A stretch of DNA of 64,000 nucleotides from a bacterium. Its GTDB lineage: Bacteria; Patescibacteriota; Dojkabacteria; JAKAPS01; JAJZLI01. The notes below the pieces were generated by a model, which worked only from the letters and a program-made list of their open reading frames with translations, ran no database searches and was not told the origin of the DNA. This document shows, in pieces, positions 58,336 to 64,000 of the stretch (its first letter is position 1; each line of letters begins with the position of its first letter). Location of the stretch: contig JAJZIL010000001.1 in assembly GCA_021810605.1 (NCBI GenBank), positions 67,412 to 131,411 on the forward strand, given 5' to 3'. The position numbers and the translations under genes were made by a program.

Positions 58336-59604
58336 GTGGGATATATAAAGAATATAAAAGACTTATCAAAAAATAATAAGAGAGATGTAGTATTATCCCT
58401 CATAGAAGTAGCTCTTAGCTCAATTGATCCGAGCAATGTGCTTAATGAAAGTATAAATTATTCACAAGGAATATTAACTGTACAAAATCAAGAATTTAAT
58501 TTATCTAAGTATAAAAAAATATATCTTTTAGGTATAGGAAAAGGCTCCTCATATCTATCAAGTTTGATAAATTCTAAATTGGAAGAACATATAGAAAAGG
58601 GTTTTGTAATTGATCTTATTGGAGAGAGTAGTAAGAATATTAAAACTACAATAGGGACACATCCTTTACCTTCTGCTACTAATTTTGAATTTACAAAGAA
58701 TGTAATATCAGAATTCCAGAACCTATCTTCAGAGGATTTAGTAATTAGTATAATATGTGGAGGAGGATCTTCTCTTTTTGAATATAGTAGCATATCTCTG
58801 GAAGATAAGATTAGAGTAGAGAGTGAACTTCTACACTCAGGAGCTGATATCTATGAAATGAATACTCTTAGAAAACATTTATCTCTTGTTAAAGGAGGTA
58901 ATCTTGCAAAAATTTGTTATCCTGCAACTGTTATAAATCTAATATTCTCAGATGTTCTAGGAAATGATCTCTCTTTTATTGCATCAGGTCCTTTAGTATA
59001 TGATGAAACTACAAGAGAAGATGCTATTAAAATAGTCAAAAAATATAGTATTGATATTGATATAGAATTTATAAAAGAGACACCAAAAGATAAATCTATA
59101 TTTATAGGAGTTAAAAATTTTCTATTACTGACTAATATGACACCACTTAAGGCTATGGAAAATAAAGCTCAACAAATGGGTATTAAAGTATCAATATTTT
59201 CAGATAGAGTAAATGGTATTGCTAGAGATTTAGGATGTCAGCTTATAAATAAATGTCATAAAGGTGAGATTCTTCTTGCAGGAGGAGAAACAACTGTTGT
59301 AGTAAAAGGAAAAGGTATGGGAGGGAGAAACCAGGAAGTTGTTGCTGGTGCATTTGATTGTATTAAGGACAATATAATTATAACTTCTTTTGGTACTGAT
59401 GGTTGGGATAATTATCTTGTTGCAGGTGCAATTGCCGATATTGATTCTATAAAAAGATCAAAAGAATTATCTTTAGATGTAAAATATTATTTAGATAATA
59501 ATAATACTTTACCTTTTTTTCAAAGTTTAGAAGATACTATAGATACAGGAAAATTATCTTCAAATGTATCGGATTTAATGATAGTCTACAAATTTGCAAC
59601 ATAA
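58336..59604 (+). CDS. Glycerate 2-kinase (TtuD/MOFRL family)
   Basis: GIGKG, HPLPS, GGGSSL, RKHLSLVKGG, SDVLG, GGETTV, GGRNQE and GTDG motifs. Confidence 0.92.
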   Translation: MGYIKNIKDLSKNNKRDVVLSLIEVALSSIDPSNVLNESINYSQGILTVQNQEFNLSKYKKIYLLGIGKGSSYLSSLINSKLEEHIEKGFVIDLIGESSKNIKTTIGTHPLPSATNFEFTKNVISEFQNLSSEDLVISIICGGGSSLFEYSSISLEDKIRVESELLHSGADIYEMNTLRKHLSLVKGGNLAKICYPATVINLIFSDVLGNDLSFIASGPLVYDETTREDAIKIVKKYSIDIDIEFIKETPKDKSIFIGVKNFLLLTNMTPLKAMENKAQQMGIKVSIFSDRVNGIARDLGCQLINKCHKGEILLAGGETTVVVKGKGMGGRNQEVVAGAFDCIKDNIIITSFGTDGWDNYLVAGAIADIDSIKRSKELSLDVKYYLDNNNTLPFFQSLEDTIDTGKLSSNVSDLMIVYKFAT

Positions 59605-59630
59605 AGTTTCGAGTGTTATATTAAATATAT

Positions 59631-60491
59631 ATGCTCAACGATATTACTGATAAAAAAGTAAAATTTTTAGAAGAAAAAGCATTAGAAATAAGGGAAGCAA
59701 TAATACATATGCTCTTGACTGCTAAGTCAGGTCATACTGCAGGTCCTTTAGGTTTAGCTGATATATTTTCTGTTCTATATTTTCATACTCTAAATCATTT
59801 TCCTCATGATCCAGAATGGGAAGATCGAGATAGATTGATTCTATCTAATGGTCATGTTTGTCCTGTTAGATATGCAACTATGGCTCTATCTGGTTATTTC
59901 CCTTTAAAAGAATTATCCACTCTTAGACAATTAGATTCAAGATTACAAGGTCATCCTCATAGGACTTCACTACCTGGGCTTGAAACTACATCTGGACCAT
60001 TAGGAGAGGGAATTTCACAGGCAATAGGTATCGCTTTATCTGCAAAACTAGATCAGAAAGATTATCATGTGTATGTTATTACTGGAGATGGTGAACATAA
60101 TGAAGGCAATATCTGGGAATCTATTATGATGGGATCAAGATATAAATTAGATAATCTTACTGTCATAATAGATAGAAATAATATACAAATTGATGGTTTT
60201 ACTGAAAATGTTATGCCTCTTGATGATTTAAGTGCAAAATATGAATCATTTGGATGGTTTGTAATTGATATAGATGGGAATAATATAAGTGAGATTGCTC
60301 AGTCTCTTGCAAAAGTGCAAAATATTCATGAGAAACCGACTGTAATAATTGCACATACTATTCCTGGAAAAGGGGTTGATTTTATGCAGAATGATTATCT
60401 TTGGCATGGAAAACCTCCAAAACCAGATGAAGCAAAGGTTGCTTTAAAGGAGCTTAGAACACTTAAAAATAAAATTGAGAATGATTATTAA
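59631..60491 (+). CDS. Transketolase, N-terminal subunit
   Basis: SGHTAG, RDRLILSNGH, LQGHP, GDGE TPP motif and WHGKPP. Confidence 0.95.
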   Translation: MLNDITDKKVKFLEEKALEIREAIIHMLLTAKSGHTAGPLGLADIFSVLYFHTLNHFPHDPEWEDRDRLILSNGHVCPVRYATMALSGYFPLKELSTLRQLDSRLQGHPHRTSLPGLETTSGPLGEGISQAIGIALSAKLDQKDYHVYVITGDGEHNEGNIWESIMMGSRYKLDNLTVIIDRNNIQIDGFTENVMPLDDLSAKYESFGWFVIDIDGNNISEIAQSLAKVQNIHEKPTVIIAHTIPGKGVDFMQNDYLWHGKPPKPDEAKVALKELRTLKNKIENDY

Positions 60492-60493
60492 TT

Positions 60494-61483
60494 ATGTTAA
60501 ATGATGAACTATTTTTAAATAAAAATATATTTTCTGATTCTGTAGAAAAAAAGGCTACAAGAGAGGGATATGGTGATGAACTGGTAATCTTAGGAGATGA
60601 AAATAATAATATAGTTGTTCTTACTGCAGATCTAGCAGAGTCTACTAAAGTAGATAAATTTCAAAAGAAATATCCAGATAGATTTTTTGAATGTGGTATA
60701 GCAGAGCAAAGTATGGTTGCTGTAGCTGCAGGGTTTGGAGTAAATGGTAAAAGAGCTTTTAGTTCATCATATGCAACTTTTTCTCCTGGAAAGAATTGGG
60801 AAACGATTCGTACTACCGTTGCATATAATGATTCTGATGTAAAAATAGCAGGACATCATGCAGGTCTTATGACCGCACAAGACGGTGCGACTCATCAAGC
60901 ATTAGAAGATATAGCTCTTATGAGAGTTCTTCCTAATATGAAAGTACTTTGTCCATGTGATTATTATGAAGCTATGAAAGTTACAAAAACTGCAGGAGAA
61001 AACTATGGCCCATTTTATCTAAGATTTACAAGAGAGGTTACTCCTGTAATTACTACTGAAGCTACTCCATTTACACTTGGAGAAAATTATTCTTATTGGA
61101 TAAGTGAAAAACCTCAGTGTATAGTCTTTGCAACAGGTTATACTCTTTATTATGCACTTCTGGCTGCAAGTTTACTTAAAAAGGAAGGTATAGAATTAGA
61201 AGTAATAAATATTTCTTCTATAAAACCTATAAATAAAGAATTTATAGTATCTAAGGTTAAGAATGTGAGAAAAGTACTAACAGTAGAAGATCATCAAGTT
61301 GCAGGAGGAATGGGGTCTTTAATAGCTGAGATTCTTTCTCAAGAGTGCCCATCCTTTATAGAATTTGTTGGTATGAATGATCAATTTGGAGAATCAGGGA
61401 CTTTTTCAGAACTTGTATCAAAGTATAGTATAGATGAGAAAGGTATAATAAAATTAATTTACAAATTATTAAAAAAATCATGA
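60494..61483 (+). CDS. Transketolase, C-terminal subunit
   Basis: ATREGYG, ADLAEST, GIAEQ, DGATHQ and VEDHQ motifs. Confidence 0.95.
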   Translation: MLNDELFLNKNIFSDSVEKKATREGYGDELVILGDENNNIVVLTADLAESTKVDKFQKKYPDRFFECGIAEQSMVAVAAGFGVNGKRAFSSSYATFSPGKNWETIRTTVAYNDSDVKIAGHHAGLMTAQDGATHQALEDIALMRVLPNMKVLCPCDYYEAMKVTKTAGENYGPFYLRFTREVTPVITTEATPFTLGENYSYWISEKPQCIVFATGYTLYYALLAASLLKKEGIELEVINISSIKPINKEFIVSKVKNVRKVLTVEDHQVAGGMGSLIAEILSQECPSFIEFVGMNDQFGESGTFSELVSKYSIDEKGIIKLIYKLLKKS

Positions 61484-63138
61484 ATGATATAAATGAATTA
61501 AAACAAGAAATACAGAAAAGAATAAAAGGTGAAGTATCTGATGATAATGATGTTCTAGAATTTCATAGTAGAGATACTTCAATTTTTAAAAGAAGACCTC
61601 AACTTGTAGTATTTCCTTATTCACAAGAGGATATTGAAGAGTTGGTTAAGATTGTAAATGAGAATAAAGCTCAAATAGCAAATTTATCTATAACTCCACG
61701 TTCTGGTGGAACTTGTATGTCAGGAGGAACTATTACAGACTCAATTGCTCTTGATATGAAGTATCTTAATAAACTTAAAAAATTCTCTAAAGAAGATATG
61801 TATGCTATTGTAGAACCAGGTTTGTATTATAGAGATTTTGAAAAAGTAGCAGATGAGAATAATGTTGTATATCCATCATATCCTGCATCAAAAAATATCT
61901 GTGCATGGGGTGGAATTGTTAATAATAATTCAGGTGGAGAAAAATCTTTGAATTATGGAAAAACTCAAGATCATGTAGAAGAAGTAAATATGATACTTTC
62001 TGATGGATCCTTATATAATTTCAAAAAATTAACTAAAACTGAATTAGACGAAAAAATGAAAGGAGATGGATTTGAGGCAGATATATATAGAAAAACATTT
62101 GATTTATTTGAAAAGAATGATGAATTTATAAAGAAATCCAAACCTAATGTGTCAAAAATATCATCTGGATATAATATTTGGAATGTTTGGAATAAAGAAG
62201 ATCAGACTTTTAATCTTTCTCAAGTCTTTATTGGAGCTCAAGGTACTTTGGGTGTTATGACTGATGCAAAAATAAAATTTATAGAGAAGAAAAAATATGA
62301 AGGTATGTTAATTGTATTTATGGATAGTTTTGATAATCTTCCTGAAATAATAAATCATGTACTAAAATATAAACCAGAAAGTTTTGAAAGTTTTGATAAT
62401 TATACTTTTAAATTAGCATTAAAATTCTTTTTTGCATTTTCTAAACTTTTGGGAAGTAATATATTAAAAATGCCTTTTGAATTTTTTCCAGAATTTATGC
62501 TTGTTCTAAGAAATGGTCTTCCTAAGTTAATTCTTTTAATTGAATTCAATGAAGATAATAAGGAGATAATTGATGAGAATATTTCTAATCTTGAAAAAGA
62601 CTTATCAGTATATAAGAATGCATATATGAGAAAAGCAAAAAATGATCGCGATATCGAAAAATATTTTGCTATAAGAAGAGAAAGTTTTAATCTTCTTAGA
62701 CAAAGGATAAAAAATTTAAAATCAGCACCATTTATAGATGATATTATAGTAAGACCTGAGAATCTTCCAGATTTTCTGCCTAAAATTTATGATATATTAG
62801 ATTCAGAAAAGCTTCTTTATACAGTCGCTGGACATATGGGGGATGGTAATTTCCATATTATTCCACTTATGGATTTAAGACTTAAAGAGGAAAGAGATAA
62901 AATATTTAGAATTGCAGATAAGGTTTATGATCTAGTTCTCTCATATAAGGGAGTTATTACTGCAGAACATAATGATGGTTTAATTAGAAGTCCATATCTT
63001 CTACAGGAGTATGGGGACGATATATATAATATATTTAAAGAGTTAAAAAATATATTTGATCCACATTTTATATTTAATCCAAATAAAAAGATTGGAATAA
63101 CAAAGGAATTTTCGGCATCACTGATAGCTGATGATTAA
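61480..63138 (+). CDS. FAD-binding oxidoreductase (VAO/PCMH, GlcD/YdiJ-like 2-hydroxyacid dehydrogenase)
   Basis: PRSGGT, VEPG, GGIVNNNSGG, GAQGTLG, GHMGDGNFH, AEHNDG and FDPHFIFNP motifs. Confidence 0.9.
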   Translation: MNDINELKQEIQKRIKGEVSDDNDVLEFHSRDTSIFKRRPQLVVFPYSQEDIEELVKIVNENKAQIANLSITPRSGGTCMSGGTITDSIALDMKYLNKLKKFSKEDMYAIVEPGLYYRDFEKVADENNVVYPSYPASKNICAWGGIVNNNSGGEKSLNYGKTQDHVEEVNMILSDGSLYNFKKLTKTELDEKMKGDGFEADIYRKTFDLFEKNDEFIKKSKPNVSKISSGYNIWNVWNKEDQTFNLSQVFIGAQGTLGVMTDAKIKFIEKKKYEGMLIVFMDSFDNLPEIINHVLKYKPESFESFDNYTFKLALKFFFAFSKLLGSNILKMPFEFFPEFMLVLRNGLPKLILLIEFNEDNKEIIDENISNLEKDLSVYKNAYMRKAKNDRDIEKYFAIRRESFNLLRQRIKNLKSAPFIDDIIVRPENLPDFLPKIYDILDSEKLLYTVAGHMGDGNFHIIPLMDLRLKEERDKIFRIADKVYDLVLSYKGVITAEHNDGLIRSPYLLQEYGDDIYNIFKELKNIFDPHFIFNPNKKIGITKEFSASLIADD

Positions 63139-63162
63139 AATATTTTAACCAAATACTCTGAG

Positions 63163-64000
63163 ATGAAGATTTGGAAAATAAAATTAGATAGAAGAAAGCA
63201 TCTTGGACTTTTTGCAGCAGTGCTGTTTTCCATTGGTAGTATAGTTGGAGGAGGAATTTTTGCTCTTACTGGTTTAGCAATAAAAGATTCGGGATACTTA
63301 TCTCTTATTTCTTTTTTTATAGCATTTATAATTATTCTAATATCGGCACTATCGTACTCTCAGTTATCTATAATGTATCCATCAGATGGAGGTGGTTATC
63401 TTTTTACAAAAGAGTTATTAGGAAATTTTTGGGGTTTTCTAACAGGGTGGGGTATATATATTAGTAGTTGTATTTTTATAGCATTTGTACTTCATATATT
63501 TGGAATATATCTTAGAGAATTTTTTATTCATTCTCTAAGTAGTACAGAGGCATCAGTTATAGCCTTTATTGTACTTTTTGTGGCTGCAATTTTGAATATT
63601 TCAGAAACAGGGTGGTTTGAAGGAACTTTAGTATTTTTTAATATATTAATATTATTAATATTTATTGTAATAGGTTTATTTCATATACAAGGATTTAGTT
63701 CTCATTATTATATAAGTAGTTTTAAATCTATATTCTCTACTATTGAGATTATATTTATATCATTTATGGGTTTTCAAGCTATTACTAATATATCCCAAGA
63801 AGTAGAGACTCCTAGAAAAAATATACCAAGAGCAATATTTATCTCTCTTTTTTTAGTATTAATATTATATCTTTTAATTGATATTGTCGTACTCTCAGTT
63901 CTAAAAGGTTCATTTGGAGTATCTTCAGTTATCATTGCAGCAGAAAGAATTATGGGACCTTTCTTTATATTACTTCCTATCTCTGCTTTAATATCAACTC
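63163..64000 (+). CDS. APC-family amino acid permease (runs off the window edge; not in the ORF track)
   Basis: Manual translation gives LGLFAAVLFSIGSIVGGGIF, YSQLSIMYPSDGGGY, GFLTGW and FMGFQ..SQEVETPRKNIPRAI. Confidence 0.9.
   Translation, partial: MKIWKIKLDRRKHLGLFAAVLFSIGSIVGGGIFALTGLAIKDSGYLSLISFFIAFIIILISALSYSQLSIMYPSDGGGYLFTKELLGNFWGFLTGWGIYISSCIFIAFVLHIFGIYLREFFIHSLSSTEASVIAFIVLFVAAILNISETGWFEGTLVFFNILILLIFIVIGLFHIQGFSSHYYISSFKSIFSTIEIIFISFMGFQAITNISQEVETPRKNIPRAIFISLFLVLILYLLIDIVVLSVLKGSFGVSSVIIAAERIMGPFFILLPISALIST

Noticed and set aside
2001-58793. Short antisense or alternate-frame ORFs in the track (2001, 5211, 8827, 11451, 17162, 20350, 26360, 30582, 31172, 33001, 42086, 42551, 47296, 52775, 54678, 55339, 56352, 58488)
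   Set aside because: They lie within or largely overlap better-supported genes and show no recognisable motifs; they are shadow ORFs.
1-64000. Alternative genetic code (TGA = Gly, as in Gracilibacteria/Absconditabacteria)
   Set aside because: Conserved genes are full length under code 11, and TGA ends several genes at the expected position, including ATGA overlaps (tal/rpiB, rpiB/rpe, rnpA/yidC).

Overview
Very AT-rich chromosomal window around the replication origin of a reduced-genome, monoderm-type bacterium. The gene content and architectures (many type IV pilins, a PilM-PilN fusion with no pilQ seen, a minimal IF2, a chromosomal PrgI/VirB4 trio, a sortase) point to Patescibacteria/CPR; this is inferred from gene content, not from a phylogeny. 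TGA is used as a stop codon (code 11). Core content: trxA, two pilin paralogs divergent from dnaA, oriC with DnaA boxes and DnaA-trio-like repeats, dnaN, dciA, a wecA/mraY-like operon, hrcA-grpE-dnaK with tandem CIRCE-like sites, a nearly complete pentose phosphate pathway (zwf, gnd, pgi, tal, rpiB, rpe, split tkt, no recognisable pgl), rpmH-rnpA-yidC, type IV pilus operons, a GGDEF cyclase, NDH-2, galU-SBP-pilB, prgI-trsD-like-virB4, sortase, dnaJ, nusA-infB and rpsO-pnp. No rRNA, tRNA, CRISPR array, transposase or prophage was recognised. The most interesting signals are: (1) a relaxase-free PrgI/VirB4 module with very long disordered insertions, back-to-back with a galU/orphan sugar-binding protein/pilB operon and facing a sortase; (2) a Lon-derived AAA+ protein with no protease domain and no aromatic pore-loop residue; (3) a cyclase-family hydrolase that may replace the missing 6-phosphogluconolactonase; (4) pilin genes sharing a DnaA-box promoter region with dnaA; (5) widespread leaderless-type promoters; (6) an unannotated beta-propeller pseudogene. 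All calls come from reading motifs by eye; no database searches were run.
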